A DNA stretch of 64,000 nucleotides from assembly GCA_943788175.1 (NCBI GenBank), contig CALSPG010000007.1:224001-288000 (forward strand), written 5' to 3'. Position numbers and translations under genes: made by a program. This document shows positions 30,664 to 40,156 of this stretch, in pieces. Positions within the stretch are counted from its first letter, which is position 1; each line of letters begins with the position of its first letter. The DNA comes from an uncultured bacterium (GTDB lineage Bacteria > Fidelibacterota > Marinisomatia > Marinisomatales > UBA1611). Below the pieces are notes generated by a model. That model made no database searches. It worked only from the letters and a program-made list of their open reading frames with translations, and was not told where the DNA came from.

Positions 30664-31584
30664 TTAATTACAAATGAAATAAGCGTTTCCACCACTTTCT
30701 CTATTAATTGTGTGAATAAGGTCAAATAGGTCAACATTTGCATTAGAATTGACATCAATATTAGAATTAAAAAAATTATTGTTAATGATATGCTCTATGA
30801 TTAATTGTGAATTGGTATTTTCATAGCAATTTAAAAACCAAATTCTCTTAATTAAAGTTGAATCTATAACGAATGGGTTAGGGATGTTATTTTGATAACT
30901 TGCAATAGCTAATGTTCGTTCTAATTCTTTTTCATCAGCAGGGTCTTCTTTATGCCAAGCATACAATGCTTCTTTTTGAATATCGAAGAAGCTTTGGTCA
31001 GCTACATTATTGTAGACAGTATAGAAATAAAATATACTTCTGGCGATGTTCCCTTTTACGTCTTCTCTAGGTTCAAATTTCCCATTATCGTTGTCTACTT
31101 CAGAAAATTCATCAATGTACTGGTTCGGTATATTAGTCTCATAATAATCTGATCTCCACCATTTATCTGTCTCGTCATCATTAATATCTGCAAAAGGTTT
31201 GTTTCCACGAGATGAGTTAACATTTCCCCTGCAAGGGTAAAGATGATGCAAATCACTTTTTTGTGGTTCAGACCCTGCCCCCATACTTTGTGGCCAGGAA
31301 TGTTCACAGTTCATATTAAGCGCATTAGTTTGCGGTCTTGGATCTTGAGATGGGTTTATTGTTATGGTATAATTAGTATAAATACCTTTCAAAGTATTAT
31401 TGTCTTCTAAATCAATAATTGAATACATTTTGTCTCTGGCTTGATTATATCCAAGGGTTGAAGATGTTTTATAATTAACTATTAAGAAATTAAAAAGATT
31501 TGTTTTTGTAATTCCTGGCCCAATTAAAGTTTGAGATATCAAAAAACTTGTGGCAACCCAGAGGGCGATAATAATCTTATACAT
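30664..31584 (-). CDS. Secreted endonuclease I family nuclease
   Basis: Signal peptide; NCEHSWPQS, SDLHHLYP, VNSSRGN, KGNIAR, WH..DP, NPF. Confidence 0.87.
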   Translation of the reverse strand: MYKIIIALWVATSFLISQTLIGPGITKTNLFNFLIVNYKTSSTLGYNQARDKMYSIIDLEDNNTLKGIYTNYTITINPSQDPRPQTNALNMNCEHSWPQSMGAGSEPQKSDLHHLYPCRGNVNSSRGNKPFADINDDETDKWWRSDYYETNIPNQYIDEFSEVDNDNGKFEPREDVKGNIARSIFYFYTVYNNVADQSFFDIQKEALYAWHKEDPADEKELERTLAIASYQNNIPNPFVIDSTLIKRIWFLNCYENTNSQLIIEHIINNNFFNSNIDVNSNANVDLFDLIHTINRESGGNAYFICN

Positions 31585-31702
31585 TATTAATAATTTAAAT
31601 TTATAATAATTAACAAAAAAGCATCGCATGAAAAAATTTGACTTATTTTTATAACCTAACTATCTTAATTCCTTATAAAAAAATAATTAAGTAAATTTAG
31701 TT

Positions 31703-32542
31703 ATGGATAACTTGCAACCTACATCCTTTGCTCCAATAATAAATGATCCAGTTGAATCGACATCTGGATTAACTATAAATGATTTAAATAAATACTTACC
31801 AGCGCTTCAAACTGTTGATGATATAATTATGAATGCAGACAGCATGAAGGAGGGTCTTTTTTGGGCCGAAGGTTTAAAAGGATTAAAAAAAATCCCTGAA
31901 AAATCTATTGATTTAATCATAACAGAGCCACCAAAAGAGCCATGGATAAATCTAGATGATAAAGGAGGTCAACTAACTCTCCAAGAATATTATGAATGGA
32001 ACCATGAATGGTTGCTAGAGGCTAGTCGAGTTTTAAAAAATACGGGTGGAATTTATTTATTATGCGATTGGAGTCGCTCAAATATGTACAATGGCTTATT
32101 AAATGAAAGATTTATAGTTCAAAATAGAATAACTTGGTACAATAGATTAGCAAAAAATAATAATCAAAACCTTACATGGAAAAATCAATCCGGTGATATT
32201 TGGTTTGCTACTAAAAATGAAGATTTTTTATTTAATAATAATGCTACTAGTTTAAAATCAGAAAGAAAACTCCTTTTAAATGATAGAGAAAGAAAAGCGC
32301 AAACTAATTTTTGGTTTGACATACCGGCAGCGACGAATAAAAATGCAAGATATTCAAATAAATTGTACTCAAAAATATTAGATGCAAGTAGCTTCAAATT
32401 AAATTGGGTTTTAGATCCTTTTATGAAAAATGGAGATATAGGATTATCTTGTAAAAAAGCAGGCCGCCGGTTTATTGGCTTCGAGGCGAATAAAGATTTA
32501 TCACTGATGTCAATGAAAAGAATAGACCAAAATGAAAACTAA
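31703..32542 (+). CDS. N4/N6 DNA methyltransferase-fold protein with degenerate motifs
   Basis: IPEKSIDLIITEPP, RVLK..G, VLDPFMKNG, AGRRFIGFE; beta-class motif order. Confidence 0.7.
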   Translation: MDNLQPTSFAPIINDPVESTSGLTINDLNKYLPALQTVDDIIMNADSMKEGLFWAEGLKGLKKIPEKSIDLIITEPPKEPWINLDDKGGQLTLQEYYEWNHEWLLEASRVLKNTGGIYLLCDWSRSNMYNGLLNERFIVQNRITWYNRLAKNNNQNLTWKNQSGDIWFATKNEDFLFNNNATSLKSERKLLLNDRERKAQTNFWFDIPAATNKNARYSNKLYSKILDASSFKLNWVLDPFMKNGDIGLSCKKAGRRFIGFEANKDLSLMSMKRIDQNEN

Positions 32543-32548
32543 GTATAT

Positions 32549-32993
32549 ATGGATTATACTGAAAAAATAAAACAAGATATGTATCAAGCTATGAAGGCTA
32601 ATGAGAAGGTAAAAGCCAACATTCTTCGCTCTCTTCTTGCTTCACTAAAAAAAAAAACAAATTGAGGATAAGAATACTTTAAGCGAAGAAATATTTTACA
32701 CCATTGTAAAAAAAATGGCAAAACAGCTTAAAGAGTCTATGGAAGTATATCATGAAGCCGGTAGGAAAGAACTTGCTGAAACAGAAAAATCTGAATTAAA
32801 AATTATTCAAGAGTATCTGCCAAAGCAGCTTTCTGAACAAGAGACTTTAAAGCTAATTAAAAATGTTATTAATCAAGTTTCTGCAAAATCTGTATCTGAT
32901 ATTGGAAAAGTAATGTCATTAGTTATGCAGCAAAGCGGCGGGAAATTAGATGGTGGGTTAGCGAATAGAATTGCCAAGCAATTATTGCAATAA
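32549..32993 (+). CDS. yqeY: GatB/YqeY domain protein, frameshifted in an A11 run
   Basis: MDYTEKIKQDMYQAMKA...LKKK joins QIED...MAKQLKES...YLPKQLSE...DIGKVM if one A is removed at 32647-32657. Confidence 0.85.
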
Positions 32994-33521
32994 ATGGGAT
33001 GGTTTTTAGATGGCATTGCGCTCTCTTACATGCTTTTTAATGGTGTTATAGGATACAATAGGGGGCTAGTAGACGAGTTAGGAAGACTATTCACATTAGT
33101 TTTATCAATTTTAATTGCCACAAGTAAAACGGCGTATTTTTCTAATTTGATTTTAAAAAACATGAGCATTGAACCATGGTTATCTACTTTGATTGCTTTT
33201 TGTCTAATATTTTCAACGGTTTTAATATTTGGAAGAATATTAACAAGGTTGTTTAAAATTGCACTTTTATCTAAATCTAATATTTGGATGAATAATATAT
33301 TGGGCTTCTTTTTTGCTAGTATTAAGGGATATTGTATTATTTCCGTATTTTTTTGGATTATTAGTATTTTACCTTTAGACAAATGGACAATCATAATTGA
33401 ACAAAATTCAAAAGTAGTTCAAACTACCAATTATTTTAGAATTAGTATTATAAGTTTTTTTGGTTGGGAAGACCCTGTCTTCTACAGTGCAAACTTTTTA
33501 AGAAAGTTAGTCCAGCCCTGA
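32994..33521 (+). CDS. CvpA family membrane protein
   Basis: GYNRGLVDE, four TM helices, NNILGFFFASIKG. Confidence 0.8.
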   Translation: MGWFLDGIALSYMLFNGVIGYNRGLVDELGRLFTLVLSILIATSKTAYFSNLILKNMSIEPWLSTLIAFCLIFSTVLIFGRILTRLFKIALLSKSNIWMNNILGFFFASIKGYCIISVFFWIISILPLDKWTIIIEQNSKVVQTTNYFRISIISFFGWEDPVFYSANFLRKLVQP

Positions 33522-35269
33522 TGCCAAAAATTCCGCAAAATACAATTGATAAGATTCGAGATTTAGCAGATATCGTTGATGTTATTTCTACAGAAATTGA
33601 GCTTAAAAGAAGAGGGGTAAACTATTTTGGTGTGTGCCCGTTTCATGATGAAAACACTCCATCATTTAGTGTCTCGCCATCTAAGCAAATATATCATTGC
33701 TTTGGCTGTGGAAATGGAGGGAATGTATTTACTTTTATTATGGAGTTTCAAAAATTAACATTTTTTGAGGCTATTAAGTTTTTAGCGAATAAATACAATG
33801 TGGTTTTAGAGATTGCAAATAGTAATTCATCTTCGAATGAATATTCATTTTTAAAAAAAATTCATGAGGATGCTACTCTTTTATTTCAACAAAATTTATT
33901 TTCTGATGCTGGTAGAAATCCATTACAATATTTAATGGATAGAAACCTCAGTGAAAGTGTGATAAAAAAATTTCGAATTGGATTTGCTTTTGACAGTTGG
34001 AATAACCTCTACAACAAAATCAGTTTCGATTACAAGGATAAATTTCAAAATATAATGAAAACGGGCCTATTTATTCGCTCTGAGAAGGGTACTTTCGATA
34101 GATTTAGATCAAGAATAATATTTCCGATATTTCATCAATCAGGGGAAGTAATTGCCTTTGGTGGAAGAGATTATAAGAAGAACGACCTTGCAAAATATTT
34201 AAATTCTCCCGAGACAGCTATTTACCAAAAAAGCAATACTTTATATGGTTTACATATAACAAAAGATGATATAAGAAAAAAAGGTTATGCTCTTCTTGTA
34301 GAAGGTTATATGGATCTTTTACAATTATACCAAGCTGGAATAAAACCGGTAGTATCTGTATCGGGAACTTCCTTAACAAAAAACCATGCTAATTTAATAT
34401 CCAAACATGTCAAAAAAGTCATCTTACTTTATGATGGAGACTCAGCCGGCGCGAATGCGGTTCTACGTGCAGGCTTTATCCTCCTTCAGGTTGGTGTAGA
34501 GGCTTATGTTGTTCGACCCCCGGACAAATTAGACCCGGATGACTGGCTTTTGGAACAGGGATTTGATGCTATAAAAAAAGCTATTCAAAGCCCAATGGAG
34601 TTTCTTGATTTCCACCTTGAATTTCATAAAGCAAAAAAGCTTAGAGGCGTCCAAAAAAGTGATTATTTACATGACATAATAGGAAATATTAAAACCATAA
34701 ATGATTCAATCATTAAAAACGAAATAATTAGGGACCTTGCAGAAAAAATGAGGATACAAGAAATAGATTTGTTGCAAATACTTAACTTGAAAAGAAACTT
34801 TAATAAATCAGAAATTGTTGATGTAGATCATAATTTATTTGAGTTCAAAACTAAATTACAAAGAGCGGAGTTAGAATTAATCAAAATTTTTATTAACTCA
34901 AATTTTAAGGCAAGAAAAGTGTTGAAAAAAAACATTGGCCTTGACTTATTTTCCCATGAGCTACTTATCAAGATTATAAGTAAAATACTTAATGACGAAA
35001 CAATTGAAAATTCTAAACTTGTAGAACATTTTCCAGAAAAAAAAGAACGTGAATTTATATCACAGCTTTTAATAGAAGGAAAAGAAGAGGAGTATTCTGA
35101 GAAAGTCGTTACAGATTGTATTAAAACAATTAAATCGATTGCTATTAAAAATAGAATTGAAGACCTTAGATTTGTTATCCAAGCCAATGAAAAATCAGGA
35201 GTAGGCACATCAAAAGAATTAGAAGAAGTAATGAAGCTTCAAAAAAAACTTATAGAGTACCGTCAATGA
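33521..35269 (+). CDS. dnaG: DNA primase
   Basis: CPFHDENTPSF..CFGC zinc finger, KYLNSPET, VEGYMD, YDGDSAG. Confidence 0.97.
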   Translation: MPKIPQNTIDKIRDLADIVDVISTEIELKRRGVNYFGVCPFHDENTPSFSVSPSKQIYHCFGCGNGGNVFTFIMEFQKLTFFEAIKFLANKYNVVLEIANSNSSSNEYSFLKKIHEDATLLFQQNLFSDAGRNPLQYLMDRNLSESVIKKFRIGFAFDSWNNLYNKISFDYKDKFQNIMKTGLFIRSEKGTFDRFRSRIIFPIFHQSGEVIAFGGRDYKKNDLAKYLNSPETAIYQKSNTLYGLHITKDDIRKKGYALLVEGYMDLLQLYQAGIKPVVSVSGTSLTKNHANLISKHVKKVILLYDGDSAGANAVLRAGFILLQVGVEAYVVRPPDKLDPDDWLLEQGFDAIKKAIQSPMEFLDFHLEFHKAKKLRGVQKSDYLHDIIGNIKTINDSIIKNEIIRDLAEKMRIQEIDLLQILNLKRNFNKSEIVDVDHNLFEFKTKLQRAELELIKIFINSNFKARKVLKKNIGLDLFSHELLIKIISKILNDETIENSKLVEHFPEKKEREFISQLLIEGKEEEYSEKVVTDCIKTIKSIAIKNRIEDLRFVIQANEKSGVGTSKELEEVMKLQKKLIEYRQ

Positions 35270-36489
35270 GGCATTGGATATTTGTATTGATATTTTCTAC
35301 TCTTCTTGGGAATATGAATGCTCATCAAGTTCAGCTTGTTACTCATCATGAAAAAGAAAACGGTGTTCTCATAAGGATAGTTGTTAGTAATGTACCCGAG
35401 GTTGATGATATCGCAGGCTGGGTTGGGCAAGAAAATTGGTTCTACTTAACTTTAAATAAATCTGTTTTTGCTGAAAACGTTTTGGAAAGTCTTAAAGCAG
35501 GCTCACCAATTTTAGAGATTGAAGGAATTCAGAATCCTGAATCTGTTCAAATAGGCTTTCTAATGGAGAACTATATTTCTGATTTTGAAATATTTCATTC
35601 ACCTTCAAACAGAGTATTTTTAATTCATCTTTGGCATAAGCTTGATGTCGAAAATATTGCAGATATAAAAAAATCTGAAAATAAAAACAATAACAAAATC
35701 TTTTCGCTAATTGATCAAAATAAAAATCGAAAACCTTTTTATGAATCTTTCATCGATGCTCGCGAAAAGTATGGCCCTGAAAAATATTTTGTTTGGTATA
35801 ATAATTGGTACAGTACGGAAGATGAAATAACTAGTTCAACTGATACTGCAAACAAAAGTAAAAGTAAAACAGATATATGGGAAAAACATTGGTCGGGAGG
35901 AAGCTCTTTAGAAAAAAAAGATCTTACCTACGGTCCTCCATTACCTGCGAGAGTAGAAACATCCAATACTGCTCTTCAAAAAACTAAAACTATAAAAACA
36001 CAAGAAGAAATTCTAAATAAGAATGAAGTTTCTAAAAATATTACAGAAAAAAAATTAAATGATTTAAAAAATGAAATAATTGAAAGAAAAAAGAAGCTAG
36101 TCGAAAAAGAAAATAAGCTTAAAAGTAAAAAACCTAAGAAAATCAAACAAAAAGTAAAGCCTAAGATTATAAAGAAAAATAATTCAGAAGATTTAGCGGC
36201 ATATGCAATCGAACCAAATCTTACAAATAGAAAGACATATCTTAAAATAGGTTGTAATCTTACCGGCGTAAATGTATATCTAGATGGTCGCAGAGTAGGG
36301 AAGACACCTTTAACAAAAAGGCTGCCTGTCTCTTCCGGTTGGCACAGAATAAGAATTGATGTTCCTGGAGCAAAAAAATTCAATAAGTCCGGGATCCCAA
36401 ATCCAGACTTTAGAGATGTTTTTATTACGAAGGGTAGAACTCAAAAAGTCACTTTTAACTTTTTAAATGATGAAGAACAGCCTGGATAA
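35266..36489 (+). CDS. Hypothetical exported protein, AMIN-like N-terminus and C-terminal PEGA domain
   Basis: Signal peptide; VYLDGRRVGKTPL...SGWHRIRI; ATGA overlap with dnaG. Confidence 0.65.
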   Translation: MRHWIFVLIFSTLLGNMNAHQVQLVTHHEKENGVLIRIVVSNVPEVDDIAGWVGQENWFYLTLNKSVFAENVLESLKAGSPILEIEGIQNPESVQIGFLMENYISDFEIFHSPSNRVFLIHLWHKLDVENIADIKKSENKNNNKIFSLIDQNKNRKPFYESFIDAREKYGPEKYFVWYNNWYSTEDEITSSTDTANKSKSKTDIWEKHWSGGSSLEKKDLTYGPPLPARVETSNTALQKTKTIKTQEEILNKNEVSKNITEKKLNDLKNEIIERKKKLVEKENKLKSKKPKKIKQKVKPKIIKKNNSEDLAAYAIEPNLTNRKTYLKIGCNLTGVNVYLDGRRVGKTPLTKRLPVSSGWHRIRIDVPGAKKFNKSGIPNPDFRDVFITKGRTQKVTFNFLNDEEQPG

Positions 36490-37402
36490 AGTGTCTAAGA
36501 ATTTTTTGACTCCCGTTAGGTTTCATAAATTACTTATTTATATCTTATTTATAGCGAGCTTAAGCGGGCAATTCAATTCAAGTATTGTACATATTGATAT
36601 TATATCAGAGCCCGAAAAAGTAGAAACTTCAATTATTTTTGATGAAATCATTGATCGAGATGATGTGTCTGGCTGGATTGATCGTAATAATTATTTTACA
36701 TTAAGTTTGTTCAATGTCTCATTAAATACAAATAAAGTAATTTCTGACGAGCATAAGTATCCTCTTCTTTCTGTTGAATCTGCAAATACAGATGGTTCCG
36801 TACAAATAATTTTTAATACGGCAAAAAAAATAGAATCTTATCAATTAATTCGTCATTCAAAAGATAAAAACCTTTTAGTTATTTTAAACTATGGTAAAGA
36901 TCACGAAGAAGAAAAAGATGAAGATGAAGGTGGACTAGTCCAATCTTTTATAGTCGAAGAATTACCAGATACTTTTGACGTAATGAAAGATCGTTGGAGG
37001 CATCCTAAAAATTGGAAAGAAGCTAGAGAACGTTCAAGTATAAGAATATTATGTGATACAAAAGACTTACCAATATATGTAAACAATCAACTTGTTGGAA
37101 AAACGCCATTAGAATATGCAGTTGATGTGCTTCCGGGTTGGCACCAAGTTGGTTATTTCCCTACTGATCCAGCGCTAACTCCTCAACCGAAATCTCCAAA
37201 AGAAAAAATGATGGATAATATATTAAGGATGGGGGTTCTAGATGTGTATGTTGAGGAAGGTAAAGAGCAGGAAATAGTACTTAATTACCAGAGCCTAGAT
37301 CAAGATGTTTTAGCGTTTCAAAAAAGTATCACTGCTGGTAGCTGGATTGGATTTAGTTTATTTTTTTTACTAGTTGTGCTTACGAGTTGGGGGATAGCAT
37401 AA
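36467..37402 (+). CDS. Hypothetical PEGA-domain protein with C-terminal TM; paralog of the preceding gene
   Basis: IYVNNQLVGKTPL...LPGWH; shares N-terminal GW..N.F.L and SVQI. Confidence 0.65.
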   Translation: MMKNSLDKVSKNFLTPVRFHKLLIYILFIASLSGQFNSSIVHIDIISEPEKVETSIIFDEIIDRDDVSGWIDRNNYFTLSLFNVSLNTNKVISDEHKYPLLSVESANTDGSVQIIFNTAKKIESYQLIRHSKDKNLLVILNYGKDHEEEKDEDEGGLVQSFIVEELPDTFDVMKDRWRHPKNWKEARERSSIRILCDTKDLPIYVNNQLVGKTPLEYAVDVLPGWHQVGYFPTDPALTPQPKSPKEKMMDNILRMGVLDVYVEEGKEQEIVLNYQSLDQDVLAFQKSITAGSWIGFSLFFLLVVLTSWGIA

Positions 37403-39312
37403 AAAAGAAATCTCTTCTATGGTTTTTATTAATCACTCTTTTTTTACCGATTCAAAATGGTGTTTTTTCTCAAACAAAAGAGAAAAGTAAAGTACCTAAA
37501 CGACTTGTCAAGGGCAAGTCGCTCTATTACTCCTATTGGAATCCATATAGAAGAAAATTAGATAATAAACATAGTCGTGATTTTTTCATATCAGTTCCAT
37601 ACTTTGAAGCCGTAAAAAATAAGCAGGGAAAAATCAAAACCGTAGTCAAGTATAGTCCTAAAAATGAGAAAATTGATTCTTGGCACTTAGTATGGAACCG
37701 AAAAGGGGATCGGTCAGAATACCAGATAAAATTTCATCAAAAAGGTGAAATAACAAGGCTAGATAGTTTGCTATTTTCCCATAAGCTAAGTGAGGTGAAG
37801 CCTGGCTGGAGAGCTAAAGTAAAAAGTAAAAAAGATGGAAGGCCTCTAAGGTATGATGTATATGATGAAAATGGAATTAGGTTGTATTTTTACAGATTCC
37901 ATTATGCGCAAAGATCTGATTCAATCTTGTCTATGGAAACAATACAATCATCCTATTTTAGATCAGATAGTACATTGGTAGGTCGGCATGTTCTCTTCAT
38001 GGAAAATGGAGAATGGTTGAGAGAAATTCACTTTAAAAATTCAAAAAATGATTTAGAGGGTGTGACCAAATTTGATGTTTCCTTAGCTAATGAGGAAACA
38101 GTAATAACTAGGTTAGACAAAGAAGGCAAAGAAATAGGAAGTAGAATTATTCAATTATCGTACCCTGACCAATTATCTTACAGGTTTGAATGGAAACCAG
38201 ATACAGTTTTAATTGTAGAGAATATAGAAATTAAAAAGGATACTATAACGACATACATAAGCCCTGTTTTAACTAGTCTTTGGTACGGGCTTCCTCTATT
38301 TAGTGAATCTGCTTTAAACTCAAAATTATCAAAACCAATTTTTGGCTTTTTTTTTGCACCAAGAGGTAATATGATTATAAAAGGGAAAAAATATAGCCTA
38401 GGAATGGAAGTCGTCGCTTATGATATTCCCATTCAAGATTCAACGGAGTCTATTAGTGGTATTGGAGCATTTGCAGCAGCACAATATGATTTAAATAAAA
38501 AGTTTAAATGGATTCCTCAAAATGTTGAAGCAGCATTAAGGATAGGAGGAGGAATGCTTTCTAATGGTTATGGATTATCATTGAGTAGTTCTTTTGGATA
38601 TCATTTTATACCTAGTCGTTTATATTTAGGTGTTTATGCTCAATCCATAATCGCTTTCGATGAAATAATGCCAGGTAAAACTACAGCTTGGAGCAGCCTT
38701 GGCATTTCTTTAGGAACAAATGTGGGCGATATAAACCCAGACTTATTAAGACCGTATAAAGACCGTTTGGATGAAGAAGCTTTATTTTTTAGCATGGCTA
38801 AAGAGTTATTAACTACCTCAGAACTAATTATTTCTGATAATAATCCTTTTATAATAGATACAATAATTTCAGAATTATATTTAAATCCGAATACTTTTAA
38901 TGAGATGACATTAAGGACACCATTTTTTTTAAAACTTGGGCAATCAGAAATAAGATTTATTTTATCATATTTAAATTATACTTTTATCCCAAAAAATAAC
39001 AATGACCCCATTTTTGGTAACGACGCATATTTTTTTGGTGTAAATATTAACTTAGATAATTTATTTGGTTTTAAAGAAAGCAACTTAAAAAAATATTTCA
39101 GTTTACAGGCTGGTTCATACAATACTGGTTTTGGAATTTTGACTGGGCTGAACATTGATTATGATATTAAAAGTATGCCAATATATGTAAGCACATATGG
39201 AAAACTATATGGTCTTCCAAATGAAGAAATTTTTACAGGTTGGTTAAGTTATGGCATTGGAGTAGGAATAAAATTAGATAAACTATTAAATAGAGCGGAA
39301 CCAAAAGAATGA
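37387..39312 (+). CDS. Hypothetical exported protein with two tandem beta-barrel-like domains
   Basis: 641-aa ORF with signal peptide; duplicated Gly/aromatic strand pattern in the C-terminal half. Confidence 0.6.
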   Translation: MGDSIKKKSLLWFLLITLFLPIQNGVFSQTKEKSKVPKRLVKGKSLYYSYWNPYRRKLDNKHSRDFFISVPYFEAVKNKQGKIKTVVKYSPKNEKIDSWHLVWNRKGDRSEYQIKFHQKGEITRLDSLLFSHKLSEVKPGWRAKVKSKKDGRPLRYDVYDENGIRLYFYRFHYAQRSDSILSMETIQSSYFRSDSTLVGRHVLFMENGEWLREIHFKNSKNDLEGVTKFDVSLANEETVITRLDKEGKEIGSRIIQLSYPDQLSYRFEWKPDTVLIVENIEIKKDTITTYISPVLTSLWYGLPLFSESALNSKLSKPIFGFFFAPRGNMIIKGKKYSLGMEVVAYDIPIQDSTESISGIGAFAAAQYDLNKKFKWIPQNVEAALRIGGGMLSNGYGLSLSSSFGYHFIPSRLYLGVYAQSIIAFDEIMPGKTTAWSSLGISLGTNVGDINPDLLRPYKDRLDEEALFFSMAKELLTTSELIISDNNPFIIDTIISELYLNPNTFNEMTLRTPFFLKLGQSEIRFILSYLNYTFIPKNNNDPIFGNDAYFFGVNINLDNLFGFKESNLKKYFSLQAGSYNTGFGILTGLNIDYDIKSMPIYVSTYGKLYGLPNEEIFTGWLSYGIGVGIKLDKLLNRAEPKE

Positions 39313-39338
39313 GTTTTTTATAAAAGGGGGAGTGAAAA

Positions 39339-40082
39339 ATGAAATTAGTTTTATTAAGACATGGCCAAAGTAAGTGGAACTTAGAAAATAAGTTCACAGG
39401 ATGGACAGATGTAGAATTAACAAAAAAAGGAGAATCTGAAGCTAAAAGAGCAGGGAAATTAATTGGGGAAGAGGGTATAAAACTCGATTTGGTTTATACT
39501 TCAGTTTTAAAAAGAGCAATAAATACGATGAATATTTGTTTATCTAACTTTGATAATAATAAGCCTGATATATTTTATGATTGGAGATTAAATGAGCGTC
39601 ACTATGGATCTTTACAAGGACTAAACAAGTCAGAGACTGCAAAAAAATATGGAGATGATCAGGTATTAATATGGAGAAGAAGTTATGATATTAGTCCTCC
39701 ATCACTTAGTTCGGATGATGAAAGACACCCGCGGTTTGATAAGAAATATGAAAGTTTAGATAAAAGTATTTTGCCTTCGAGCGAATGTTTAAAGGATACT
39801 GTGAAAAGATTTTTACCTTTTTGGGAAAAAACAATAAGTCTGAAAGTAAAAGAAGGTAAAAAAGTAATGATTGTCGCTCATGGAAATTCTTTACGCGCAT
39901 TAGTAAAGCACTTAGATAGAATCTCAGATGATAAAATTATTAGTTTAAATATTCCAACAGGAATCCCATTAGTTTATGAATTAAATCAAGATTTAAAACC
40001 AATTAAAAGTTATTATCTTGGTAATCAAGATGACATTAGAGAAAAAATAAAAGCCGTAGCTAAACAAGGTGAGTCTAAATGA
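39339..40082 (+). CDS. gpmA: 2,3-bisphosphoglycerate-dependent phosphoglycerate mutase
   Basis: [30 protein letters not shown]. Confidence 0.97.
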   Translation: MKLVLLRHGQSKWNLENKFTGWTDVELTKKGESEAKRAGKLIGEEGIKLDLVYTSVLKRAINTMNICLSNFDNNKPDIFYDWRLNERHYGSLQGLNKSETAKKYGDDQVLIWRRSYDISPPSLSSDDERHPRFDKKYESLDKSILPSSECLKDTVKRFLPFWEKTISLKVKEGKKVMIVAHGNSLRALVKHLDRISDDKIISLNIPTGIPLVYELNQDLKPIKSYYLGNQDDIREKIKAVAKQGESK

Positions 40083-40156
40083 ACTGTTTTGTTACTTTAC
40101 AATAACTAAACTAAATAAGGCAATCGAGCTACTTATATTACCATTAATTAGTTGAA

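Noticed and set aside
30664-32542. Endonuclease plus methyltransferase as a restriction-modification pair
   Set aside because: The nuclease is a signal-peptide-bearing, non-specific endonuclease I type, and the methyltransferase motifs are degenerate.
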